35,884 nt of DNA, taken from a virus. The position numbers and the translations under genes were made by a program. The stretch is taken from IMG/VR virus record IMGVR_UViG_3300021431_000053; one strand, 5' to 3'. Of the stretch, positions 5,494 to 13,208 are shown piece by piece. Position 1 is the first letter of the stretch. Every line of letters begins with the position of its first letter. Under the pieces are notes generated by a model. That model saw nothing but the letters and a program-made list of their open reading frames with translations, did no database searches and had not been told where the DNA came from.

Positions 5494-6104
5494 CTGGGAA
5501 AAAATTTGGGTTATTGACAGCAATCGAACAATCGGGTGAAACATCATGGAGAAATATTCTATGGAAATGTAAATGCCAATGTGGAAACGAAGTGGTTGTG
5601 CCATCAGGTAAACTCGTTTCAGGAAGAAAACATGATTGTGGATGTATGGAAACAATTAACAGAAGCAAAGCTGCCTCTAAACACGGCATAACTGCGGGAG
5701 GAAAGCCAAGAACTTTCATTATATGGAATGGCATGAAATCAAGATGCAATAATCCAAAAAGCGTTTCTTATAAAAACTACGGTGCAAGAGGTATCAAGAT
5801 TTGCGAAGAATGGATGACGTATGAAAATTTTCATAAATGGGCAATTGCAAATGGATATGCTGATGGATTAGAAATTGACCGTATTGATAATAATGGAAAT
5901 TATTGCCCTTCAAATTGCCGCTGGATAACACAAGCGGAAAACAGGAAAAAAACAAGGAATATCCATAACATCACAATCAATGGAGAAACACACAATGTAA
6001 GTGAATGGTGCAGAATGTTACACATGTCAAAATCTACAGCATACAAGTATTTGAAAAAAGGAGATCAATATTTCATCAGTAAAATTAGGAGGCGACAAGC
6101 ATGA
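5478..6104 (+). CDS. Zn-ribbon/HNH_3-like DNA-binding protein with a degenerate HNH core
   Basis: It has CKCQCG...CGC, NYGARGIKICEEW and EIDRIDNNGNYCPSNCRWITQAEN. That last block has HNH_3 topology, but Arg replaces the first His. A C-terminal HTH-like segment is VSEWCRMLHMSKSTAYKYL. Confidence 0.6.
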   Translation: MFKDLTGKKFGLLTAIEQSGETSWRNILWKCKCQCGNEVVVPSGKLVSGRKHDCGCMETINRSKAASKHGITAGGKPRTFIIWNGMKSRCNNPKSVSYKNYGARGIKICEEWMTYENFHKWAIANGYADGLEIDRIDNNGNYCPSNCRWITQAENRKKTRNIHNITINGETHNVSEWCRMLHMSKSTAYKYLKKGDQYFISKIRRRQA

Positions 6105-6358
6105 ACGAAAACATCAGCGTTGATGAAGTAATGAGAATCACGCACAAGTCGCGTGATTTCATAATCAATGCGATTGAAAACGGATCGTTTCCTGGAAGCT
6201 TCACGAAAACAAAGAACGGCACGAGATGCGTGCACATTCCTCGAAAGGCTTTCGAGGAGTACATGAACCACTTCTACAGGAAGACAAGCGATGAACTGAT
6301 CATTGCTCTTGTAGACGAGCTGACAAGGAAAAAAGCTATAGGAGGACAACGGAAATGA
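6101..6358 (+). CDS. Excisionase-family/MerR-like HTH DNA-binding protein (possible Xis or early regulator)
   Basis: The motif VDEVMRITHKSRDFIINAIENGSFPG...VHIPRKAFEEYM is typical of excisionase-type HTH_17 proteins. The start overlaps the preceding stop (ATGA). Confidence 0.5.
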   Translation: MNENISVDEVMRITHKSRDFIINAIENGSFPGSFTKTKNGTRCVHIPRKAFEEYMNHFYRKTSDELIIALVDELTRKKAIGGQRK

Positions 6359-6459
6359 AGATGACAACAAGAGGCAAGGTTACGTTAGTAATCTTCTGGA
6401 TTGCAATCTACTGCCTGGCATGCTGCTTAAATGCAGATGCTGACTGGTGGATCTGGTAG
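6355..6459 (+). CDS. 34-aa small membrane peptide (MKMTTRGKVTLVIFWIAIYCLACCLNADADWWIW)
   Basis: ATG follows GGAGGA by eight nt and overlaps the upstream stop (ATGA). It has one hydrophobic helix. Confidence 0.45.
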   Translation: MKMTTRGKVTLVIFWIAIYCLACCLNADADWWIW

Positions 6460-6476
6460 AAAGGAGGAAAAAAGCA

Positions 6477-6683
6477 ATGTACGAAGACAAGCAGATGATA
6501 TGCGACAAGCTACTGATTGCTCTCAGATACACGTCTCATCTCTATGACCTGCTTCGACTCACATATGATGACGAGAAGGAAATCGTCACTGCAATGTTCG
6601 ACAACGGTCATGAGAAGCGTGTTAACGTCCACATTGACAGCGGCTATGCGATGATCCAGGACATCATTGATGCGCTGAGATAG
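6477..6683 (+). CDS. Hypothetical early protein (68 aa)
   Basis: ATG at 6477, behind AAGGAGGAAAAAAGCA. The ORF-track start at 6447 lacks an RBS. Confidence 0.6.
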   Translation: MYEDKQMICDKLLIALRYTSHLYDLLRLTYDDEKEIVTAMFDNGHEKRVNVHIDSGYAMIQDIIDALR

Positions 6684-6696
6684 GAGGCGGCTACTA

Positions 6697-6843
6697 ATGA
6701 AACTACAGAACCCGACGCTAGTGAACAAGGAACTATATGAAAGAGTAGAAGAGATAAGAGTCCAGAAGACTCTCATAAAGATATTCATAACAATTGCGAT
6801 AGCTTCAGTAGTGTTCACTGCAATGACGGTTATCGCTAGCTAA
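6697..6843 (+). CDS. 48-aa tail-anchored membrane protein (MKLQNPTLVNKELYERVEEIRVQKTLIKIFITIAIASVVFTAMTVIAS)
   Basis: ATG is seven nt after TAGGAGGCGG. It has a C-terminal TM helix and is below the ORF-track size cut-off. Confidence 0.5.
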   Translation: MKLQNPTLVNKELYERVEEIRVQKTLIKIFITIAIASVVFTAMTVIAS

Positions 6844-7170
6844 AACTGAATAATAACCGGTGGAGCTATGGGGCAGCCACGAGGAGGATAGGCTCGTTTC
6901 ATTGTCAAAAAATCATCTGACTTAATTCTCCTTTTATCGATTGATAAATATTATTTTTCATAGTTATCCAGCACCTCCTGATATCACGTAACTTTTTATA
7001 GCTGGATATAAATAAAATCCCATTAAACGTAAAAAAGAGCTGTGCACAATCCTTCTCGGACTGCGCCACGGCTCCATCGGACAAAGAAAAATCCCCCTCG
7101 ATATAAGAGGAGGAAAACATGAACAAGACTATTGTAGCACAAATAACATCAAACACAACGGAGGAAAAAC

Positions 7171-7497
7171 ATGAACAAGGAAAAGAATTTTTTAAAGGTA
7201 GAAATCATAGATGAAGGAATTGTTGTCAGCGGAAATGGACACCCGGCTTTCGTGAAGTCAATGGCTGCACTGGGAATGGCGCATCTCTTTGCTGAAACTG
7301 ATGAAGACGAGCCTAACATCGATCACTTCATCGCCATGATCAGACTAGCGTGCGATGATAAGGAGTATTTTGCAATACTCAAAAGTGCGCTGAGCCTGTA
7401 TGTCAGAGATGAGGACGAAGGCCTTCAGGCATTAGCTATGGCCATGACAGTAGCAATATATGCCGATGAGAAAGAAAAGGGAGTGATGAGCGCATGA
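7171..7497 (+). CDS. Hypothetical acidic 108-aa protein, first gene of the recombination operon
   Basis: GGAGGAAAAAC precedes the ATG. The sequence is rich in Asp and Glu (AETDEDEPNIDH, VRDEDEG). Confidence 0.65.
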   Translation: MNKEKNFLKVEIIDEGIVVSGNGHPAFVKSMAALGMAHLFAETDEDEPNIDHFIAMIRLACDDKEYFAILKSALSLYVRDEDEGLQALAMAMTVAIYADEKEKGVMSA

Positions 7498-8429
7498 TGG
7501 ACGTCATCAGAAAAAGAATACCGGAGACGCGTGACGAATGGCTTGAGGACAGGATGCAGGGGATCGGCGGAAGCGACGCGGGCGCCGTGCTGGGGTTCAA
7601 CCAGTACAAGTCGCCATACACGCTGTGGTGCGAGAAGACAGGAAGGATTGATTCAGACGTTCCGGACAACGAAGCCATGCGCCAGGGCCGTGACCTTGAG
7701 GACTACGTCGCACACAGATGGATGGAGGCGACAGGCAAGAAGGTCCGCAGGAGCGGATTCTCCTTCCAGTCGAGGGAGCACCCATTCATGCTCGCAAATG
7801 TGGACAGACTTGTCATAGGCGAGAAGGCAGGGCTTGAGTGCAAGACAGCAAACGCCCTTACAAGAACGAAGTACGACAGGGGAGACATACCTGCATCGTA
7901 CTATGCGCAGTGCATGCACTACATGGCAGTGACCGGGCTTGAACGGTGGTACATCGCCATCCTTGTGATGGGCAAGGGCTTCTACACCTACACCATAGAG
8001 CGTGATGATAGGGAGATAGAGGCACTGATCAGCGCCGAGGAGGACTTCTGGAACGGCGTTGAAACGGACACGGAGCCTGAGATAGACGGCTCGGCATCAA
8101 CTGCCGATACCATTGCGTTACTCAATCCCGAAAGCAGCGGAGAGACTGAGGACATCCCCGAGCTTGAGGGCGATGCGGCCATGCTTGATGACATATCATC
8201 AAGAATCAGGGAGCTCGAGGCAATGAAGAGGCAGTACGAGAACCGCATCAAGGACGCAATGAAGGATGCCGAGAAGTGCGACACGGGAAATGCCGTTGTC
8301 ACGTGGAAGACAGTGACATCGGGCAGGCTTGACACGAAGAAGCTGAAGGCCGAGATGCCTGAGGTATACGAGAAGTACGTGAAGCAGTCATCATCAAGAC
8401 GCTTCACGATGAAAATGAAGAGCAAATAG
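7494..8429 (+). CDS. YqaJ-type (lambda-Exo-like, PD-(D/E)XK) recombination exonuclease
   Basis: It has GIGGSDAGAVLGFNQYKSPYTLWCEKTG, then DRLV...GLECKTA and YYAQCMHYMAVTG, followed by an acidic C-terminal tail. Confidence 0.85.
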   Translation: MMDVIRKRIPETRDEWLEDRMQGIGGSDAGAVLGFNQYKSPYTLWCEKTGRIDSDVPDNEAMRQGRDLEDYVAHRWMEATGKKVRRSGFSFQSREHPFMLANVDRLVIGEKAGLECKTANALTRTKYDRGDIPASYYAQCMHYMAVTGLERWYIAILVMGKGFYTYTIERDDREIEALISAEEDFWNGVETDTEPEIDGSASTADTIALLNPESSGETEDIPELEGDAAMLDDISSRIRELEAMKRQYENRIKDAMKDAEKCDTGNAVVTWKTVTSGRLDTKKLKAEMPEVYEKYVKQSSSRRFTMKMKSK

Positions 8430-8443
8430 AGGAGGAAAAGAAA

Positions 8444-9247
8444 ATGGATGCAACAACAAACCAGCAGGGCGCAATCGCAAAGAGCACAGGAGCAGCGCCA
8501 ACAAAGAGGGGGAGAGCCCCACAGACGATAAGGGACTACATCAAGGTCTACGAGAAGGAGGTTGCCAAGGCGCTTCCTAGCGTGATGACTCCCGAGAGAT
8601 TCACGAGAATCGTGACGACGGCCATCACGAACACGCCGAAGCTTGCCGAGTGCACGCCTCAGTCATTCGTGGGCGCAATGCTCAACTGCGCGCAGCTCGG
8701 GCTTGAGCCTAACACTCCGCTGGGACAGGCCTACCTCATCCCTTACGGCAAGCAGTGCCAGATGCAGATAGGATACAAGGGACTGCTTGACCTTGCCTAC
8801 AGAAGCGGTCAGGTGTCAACGGTCTATGCCGAGACGGTATACGAGAACGACACGTTCGACTACGAGCTTGGGCTTGAGCCGAAGCTGAAGCACCATCCGG
8901 CCATGAGCGACAGGGGCGAGCCCGTCTACTACTATGCCGTGATCAAGCTCAAGGGCGAGGGAGTCGTATTCCAGGTCATGAGCCGCGACGACATCGAGAA
9001 GCACGCACGCAAGTACTCGAAGAGCTACAACAACGGGCCATGGAAGACCGACTTCGACGCAATGGCAAAGAAGACCGTGCTCAAGCAGGCACTCAAGTAT
9101 GCGCCTCTCAAGACGGAGTTCGCAAGGGACGTGGCACAGGATGACACGATCAAGCACTTCGACCCTCACGACGCTGACATGAGCATGGCCGACAAGCCAT
9201 CTGATTTCATTGACGTGGAAGCGACTGAGCACCCTCAGGAAGGATAG
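8444..9247 (+). CDS. recT: RecT-family single-strand annealing protein
   Basis: It has FVGAMLNCAQLGLEPNTPLGQAYLIPYG...IGYKGLLDLAYRSGQV, and it is paired with the YqaJ exonuclease. Confidence 0.9.
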   Translation: MDATTNQQGAIAKSTGAAPTKRGRAPQTIRDYIKVYEKEVAKALPSVMTPERFTRIVTTAITNTPKLAECTPQSFVGAMLNCAQLGLEPNTPLGQAYLIPYGKQCQMQIGYKGLLDLAYRSGQVSTVYAETVYENDTFDYELGLEPKLKHHPAMSDRGEPVYYYAVIKLKGEGVVFQVMSRDDIEKHARKYSKSYNNGPWKTDFDAMAKKTVLKQALKYAPLKTEFARDVAQDDTIKHFDPHDADMSMADKPSDFIDVEATEHPQEG

Positions 9248-9288
9248 GCTGACGCCCGATGAAGGCAGCTGGAGGGGACGGAGGCGGC

Positions 9289-9597
9289 ATGTGGCTGAAG
9301 CTCCCATACGACTTCATGGAGAACGAGACGATGAGGGGGCTAAGCCCCGCGTGCCTCAAGCTCTACATCCACTGCCTTCTGAGCGCCTCAAGGAAGAACA
9401 GGGTGGTGGACGGCGAGCCGGTTGCAAAGGGGGCTTTCATCTCGTCCGTAAGACAGCTTGAAAGGGATACGGGGATAAGCCATGCGACGGTTCAGAAGAG
9501 CCTGAAAATCCTAAACGAGAAGGAGCTCATACTATCCTATTCAAAGCGTAACGGTGCGACTGTCATACACATCGTGGACTTCGAGAGGTATCTATGA
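9289..9597 (+). CDS. Winged-helix replication initiator / replisome-organizer-like protein
   Basis: It has WLKLPYDFMENETMRGLSP..., then VRQLERDTGISHATVQKSLKILNEKELI. It is followed directly by the iteron array. I prefer ATG 9289, behind GGAGG. Confidence 0.5.
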   Translation: MWLKLPYDFMENETMRGLSPACLKLYIHCLLSASRKNRVVDGEPVAKGAFISSVRQLERDTGISHATVQKSLKILNEKELILSYSKRNGATVIHIVDFERYL

Positions 9598-9598
9598 G

Positions 9599-9690
9599 GT
9601 GTACTAAAAACTAGCACACTAGTGTACTAAAAATTAGTACACCACTGTACTAAAAACTAGCACACTAGTGTACTAAAAATTAGTACACCC
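9599..9690. repeat. Iteron array: four 23-bp units (two alternating variants, equivalent to 2 x 46 bp), each an inverted repeat
   Basis: GTGTACTAAAAACTAGCACAC occurs at 9599 and 9645. GTGTACTAAAAATTAGTACAC occurs at 9622 and 9668. The arms GTGTACTAA/TTAGTACAC are perfect. Confidence 0.85.
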
Positions 9691-9748
9691 CCATCTATAT
9701 ATATAAGAGAATGTATAGAGAGTGTAAGAGAATGTAAGAGAGTGGGTG
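9691..9748. other. Putative DNA-unwinding element: (TA)n tract plus four helically phased ~10-bp repeats
   Basis: CTATATATATAA is followed by AAGAGAATGT / AGAGAGTGTA / AGAGAATGTA / AGAGAGTGGG. Confidence 0.55.
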
Positions 9749-9872
9749 TTGCTGCTTCTGTATGAATATAGTAGGAGCGGCAAAAACGGCACAGCACAGC
9801 CATCTCAATGGCTTATATCTGATTATTTCTCTATTTGTGAAAATCCTAAATGACAGGAAGGTGAGTGAGTGA

Positions 9873-10310
9873 ATGAACAGGAGCGAAGCTAAGAGAGCCA
9901 TTGCCATCGTAAGGTCCTTCTATCCTAGGATGGAGAGCGGCGATGACGTGGTTGACATGTGGGAAATGATGCTTTCAAGGTTCAGCTTCGATGACGTCAA
10001 GCTTGCGATAGCTTCCATCATGAAGCGAAGCAGGTTCCAGCCTAACTGCGCAGACATACTCCGTGAGCTGGAGTCAGGGACATACGAGGTGACTGTTGAC
10101 AACGAGCACCAGCGCATCGTAGTAAGGACTGTCACAAGGGGAATATTCCCTTTCCGTTGCTGGAACGGCGACGAGGCGAGAAGCCTCAAGACGTGGCTTG
10201 ACATGAGTCCGAGCGTTGACGCCATCGCACAGCGCCACCAGAGATGGAACAGCGATCACATCGAGGCAACCATAAGGGGTTATGAGGCCTATGCTGAAGG
10301 TGCAGGCTGA
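9873..10310 (+). CDS. Putative helicase-loader-like replication protein (G39P-like N-terminus)
   Basis: The pattern AKRAIAIVRSFYPR...DMWEMMLSRFSFDDVKLAIASIMKRSRFQPNCADIL resembles SPP1 G39P-type loaders. The assignment comes from memory only. Confidence 0.35.
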   Translation: MNRSEAKRAIAIVRSFYPRMESGDDVVDMWEMMLSRFSFDDVKLAIASIMKRSRFQPNCADILRELESGTYEVTVDNEHQRIVVRTVTRGIFPFRCWNGDEARSLKTWLDMSPSVDAIAQRHQRWNSDHIEATIRGYEAYAEGAG

Positions 10311-10473
10311 TGCCGAGAGCTTCGAGGAGCTCATGGACATCTACTACAGGCAGTACTTCACGGACTACTCGCTGACTGGATACAGGATGCGCAGGAGGGA
10401 CAATGATACGGAGCCCCTTGCAGTCCTGTGGCTCAGCGAGAGGGAACCTGAGAAAGACAGAAAAAAAGAATAG
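10282..10473 (+). CDS. Hypothetical protein
   Basis: The ORF overlaps the upstream gene's end, and its composition is consistent with the neighbouring genes. Confidence 0.45.
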   Translation: MRPMLKVQADAESFEELMDIYYRQYFTDYSLTGYRMRRRDNDTEPLAVLWLSEREPEKDRKKE

Positions 10474-10703
10474 TGATGATACCGGGCATTTCCATCGGAC
10501 GCGGCTGGGCATTAAATCTTATGTTAACGACGTATAGTTAAGTGCACTCCATTTATAGCGCACCTGCGCCGCAGTCTGATGAATGAATAAAAAATGGTCT
10601 GACGGTTCCTGCTGCGGCGTGGGTGATTACCATCTCATGGCCACAGCCGTGCCGGATGGAGGTGCCCGGACAGAAAGATGATGAAAGGAATGATCATAAG
10701 GCA

Positions 10704-11219
10704 ATGGCAATAATACTTGCGATAGATCCCGGAACGTCAGAGAGCGGCTACGTCGTGGCTGACTATGAGACGCTCAGGCCGCTGAGGTTCGGCAAGGAAG
10801 ACAACGCGACGATCATCGGCATCATAGGCGACGTGCTCGGTTCATCAAGTGACGAATGCACTGTCGCTCTTGAGATGGTGGCAAGCTACGGAATGCCTGT
10901 CGGACGCGAGGTCTTCGAGACCGTGCGATGGATAGGCAGGTTCGAGCAGCACATAAGGGACGGATTCCCAGGCACGGAGATAAGGTACGTCTACCGGAGG
11001 GAAGTTAAGCTGGCAATATGCCACTCACCAAAAGCCAATGACGCAACGATCAGGAGGGCGCTTGCCGACAGGTTCGCATACGGGACAAGGAACGGAGGCA
11101 AGGGCACAAAGAAGGAGCCTGGATTCTTCTACGGGTTCCGTGCCGACATATGGCAGGCGTTCGCTGTCGCGGTGACATGCCACGATGCAATCGAGAAGGA
11201 AAAGGGAAGGATATTCTAG
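10704..11219 (+). CDS. RuvC-like Holliday-junction resolvase
   Basis: MAIILAIDPGTSESGY places the catalytic Asp near the N-terminus. It also has VALEMVASYG and IWQAFAVAV. The ORF-track extension from 10623 is discounted. Confidence 0.7.
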   Translation: MAIILAIDPGTSESGYVVADYETLRPLRFGKEDNATIIGIIGDVLGSSSDECTVALEMVASYGMPVGREVFETVRWIGRFEQHIRDGFPGTEIRYVYRREVKLAICHSPKANDATIRRALADRFAYGTRNGGKGTKKEPGFFYGFRADIWQAFAVAVTCHDAIEKEKGRIF

Positions 11220-11233
11220 AAAGGAGGACATGA

Positions 11234-11308
11234 ATGATGGAACTTGTTGTATTCATAATCGCTTTTGTATACGTCATGCTGATGATTGCAGTCATGAGCA
11301 ATTTTTAG
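11234..11308 (+). CDS. 24-aa hydrophobic peptide (MMELVVFIIAFVYVMLMIAVMSNF)
   Basis: ATG is six nt after AAGGAGGA. It consists of a single TM helix. Confidence 0.35.
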   Translation: MMELVVFIIAFVYVMLMIAVMSNF

Positions 11309-11323
11309 GAGTAAGAGAATGCT

Positions 11324-11566
11324 ATGGTAAGTTTTTATAGAACATGCAGATACAAAAATGAAAGTTATATATTTCATTGTTTTGAACAGTATTCTAATGT
11401 TGTAGGGGAATCGATTGCTATTGGTGGACATTCAGCAGGGCAGATTAGTTTGGTATTCGACATAATTGAAGATAGAAAGGGAAATATCTACCGTGTTGAT
11501 CCTACAGCGATTACATTTACTGATGATAAATACTTTGATTATGATTGTGAGGTTGAAGAAAGATGA
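11324..11566 (+). CDS. Hypothetical 80-aa protein ending in DCEVEER (AT-rich island)
   Basis: The ORF has a C-terminal CEVEE junction motif shared with the next two genes. Confidence 0.55.
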   Translation: MVSFYRTCRYKNESYIFHCFEQYSNVVGESIAIGGHSAGQISLVFDIIEDRKGNIYRVDPTAITFTDDKYFDYDCEVEER

Positions 11567-11952
11567 TAGCTAAGGAGATATATGAAAGAGAAATTGTTCG
11601 CATGTGGGACAGCTTGCGTGATGATAGATTCAAAGGATGTGATGATTGTGTTGGCGTAATTTGTAAGGTATGCCCAATTTATGATGCGGAATATGATAAT
11701 TGTCATCTTTATAATGACGTTTATAACGCTGTTGAAAGGTGGACCAGTAATCACCCGCTAAAAAAATTCAAGGTGTCAAAGCTTGAATACGATATCATTC
11801 GTGCCGCGATTGACTATAGTTCGGAAGAAGAAGCTTTTAAAGATGTTGATATTCTATATGAGCTTCTAATAAATGGATATTTCCAAGGTGCTACAAGAGA
11901 TATGACTATAAATTATTATTTTGACAATTGCGAGGTTGAATATGATAGATAA
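11563..11952 (+). CDS. Cys-rich hypothetical protein, paralog A (CxxCxGVxCxxCP)
   Basis: MIAKEIYEREIVRMWDSLRDDRFKGCDDCVGVICKVCP. It ends in NCEVEYDR. Confidence 0.65.
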   Translation: MIAKEIYEREIVRMWDSLRDDRFKGCDDCVGVICKVCPIYDAEYDNCHLYNDVYNAVERWTSNHPLKKFKVSKLEYDIIRAAIDYSSEEEAFKDVDILYELLINGYFQGATRDMTINYYFDNCEVEYDR

Positions 11953-12397
11953 AGAAACATATGAAAGAGAAATCACAAGAATGTTTGACAGCGTGCGCAC
12001 AAAAAACAAAGGTTGCAGTGACTGTCGCGGGGTTCCTTGTTCACGATGCCCACTCGAAGGACAATGTAGAATTACTGCTTGGAACGTATTCAAAATGATT
12101 GAATTTGTTGAGCAATGGTCAAAAGAACATCAGCCAAAAAAGCTAACAAGATTTGAATTTGAGATGTTGAAATGGTTAGAAAAAGAAGGCTATAAATTCA
12201 TTATAAGAAGTCCAAATAATAATCTGATAGCACATGATAGCACACCTAAAAAAGTTTTGAATGGATGGGTTTCTGGAAGTAGATACAAGTATCTTTCGCC
12301 GTTTGATGAGTTATTATGTTTTATCAAATGGGAAGACGAAGAACCTACATCAATTCAAGATGTTTTAAAGAATTGCGAGGTGAAGGAAGATGTATGA
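11942..12397 (+). CDS. Cys-rich hypothetical protein, paralog B
   Basis: MIDKETYEREITRMFDSVRTKNKGCSDCRGVPCSRCP. It ends in NCEVKEDV. I place the start at ATG 11942, five nt after GAGGT. Confidence 0.65.
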   Translation: MIDKETYEREITRMFDSVRTKNKGCSDCRGVPCSRCPLEGQCRITAWNVFKMIEFVEQWSKEHQPKKLTRFEFEMLKWLEKEGYKFIIRSPNNNLIAHDSTPKKVLNGWVSGSRYKYLSPFDELLCFIKWEDEEPTSIQDVLKNCEVKEDV

Positions 12398-12560
12398 ACA
12401 CGTGAGAGAGATCATCGATGACCTGAAATACGTTATCGCAGACCTTGTGAATGACGTTCGAAATGGCAAAGTAAAGCAGTCAGAGATACTTGACGAGCTC
12501 GGCGACAGTCTTGAGCAGTACTGCGGGATTTACATTGACGAGGAGATCAAGAATGATTGA
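12390..12560 (+). CDS. Hypothetical acidic 56-aa protein (MYEHVREIIDDLKYV...)
   Basis: ATG follows GAGGTGAAGGAAG. The ORF overlaps both neighbouring genes and is below the ORF-track cut-off. Confidence 0.5.
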   Translation: MYEHVREIIDDLKYVIADLVNDVRNGKVKQSEILDELGDSLEQYCGIYIDEEIKND

Positions 12561-12678
12561 AATAGGTTTTGCTGTCATGCTGGTCATGCTGGCATTTTTC
12601 ATCGGTCTTTTCCTGGGAGCTGTCGTGCTGGGACTGGCAATAGCGTCGTCAAGAGAAGACGATTATAGAGGGCGGTGA
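12553..12678 (+). CDS. 41-aa membrane peptide (MIEIGFAVMLVMLAFFIGLFLGAVVLGLAIASSREDDYRGR)
   Basis: ATG is seven nt after GAGGAG and overlaps the upstream stop (ATGATTGA). Confidence 0.5.
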   Translation: MIEIGFAVMLVMLAFFIGLFLGAVVLGLAIASSREDDYRGR

Positions 12679-13091
12679 TTGTATTGCACTTTGATAGCAG
12701 AAGAGAGCTTGTTGATTATCTCAAGCAGTACAAAAGCTACAGGGAAGAGCTTGAGTGCATTGAGAAGGACATTGGTATACATTCCCCTTCATTGTCTGAA
12801 GAAGGAATGAACGGATATGCAAGCAAGATTGCACAGTACAACATGCGGCTGTCACGAAAGCATGAGCTGGAGGAAAAGATGAAGGAGATTGAAGGAGTGG
12901 TCAATCTCCTCAAGGACAGTGATGAGATATGCTGGAAGATCATACATTACAAGTATATTGACTATCATGTTACAGAGTACGGATACTTTGACCATGATGA
13001 CTACTCAAAGCGTATAGGATACTCAAGTTCAAGCATCTATCACACGTATCACAGGAAGGCAATAAACATGTTGCTTGATTTGTGTGAATGA
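12675..13091 (+). CDS. ArpU/RinA-like late-gene transcriptional regulator (sigma region-4-like C-terminus)
   Basis: It is about 138 aa and lies directly upstream of terS. The C-terminal HTH-like segment is SKRIGYSSSSIYHTYHRKAINML. Confidence 0.5.
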   Translation: MIVLHFDSRRELVDYLKQYKSYREELECIEKDIGIHSPSLSEEGMNGYASKIAQYNMRLSRKHELEEKMKEIEGVVNLLKDSDEICWKIIHYKYIDYHVTEYGYFDHDDYSKRIGYSSSSIYHTYHRKAINMLLDLCE

Positions 13092-13159
13092 CTGCACAAC
13101 AATGCATTGCTTTGCAATAAAATTATATAGTATTATGTAAATGTGGAAATAGAAAGAGA

Positions 13160-13208
13160 GGGACATGACATCATGCCCTAAGGACCTGAAGTGGTCCTTT
13201 TTCTTTTG
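13160..13208 (+). terminator. Hairpin plus intrinsic terminator directly upstream of terS
   Basis: GGG(A)CATG-ACAT-CATGCCC at 13160..13178. AAGGACC-TGAAGT-GGTCCTT at 13180..13199, followed by TTTCTTTTG. A possible promoter TTGCTT-18-TATTAT lies at 13107..13136. Confidence 0.55.

Noticed and set aside
6905-7156. An 83-aa minus-strand ORF in the early-region gap; its last 18 codons, MKNNIYQSIKGELSQMIF, follow a good AGGAGGTG
   Set aside because: It has a GTG start with no RBS, and its 5' part is antisense to the RBS/start duplication of the plus-strand operon. The 18-codon peptide alone is too short to support. I leave it unannotated.
9599-9690. The possibility that the 23-bp repeats form a CRISPR array
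   Set aside because: The repeats are contiguous with no spacers, there are only four units, they lie next to an initiator gene and an AT-rich tract, and no cas genes are present. I interpret them as iterons. The 70-aa minus-strand ORF at 9695..9907 over the same region is also rejected.
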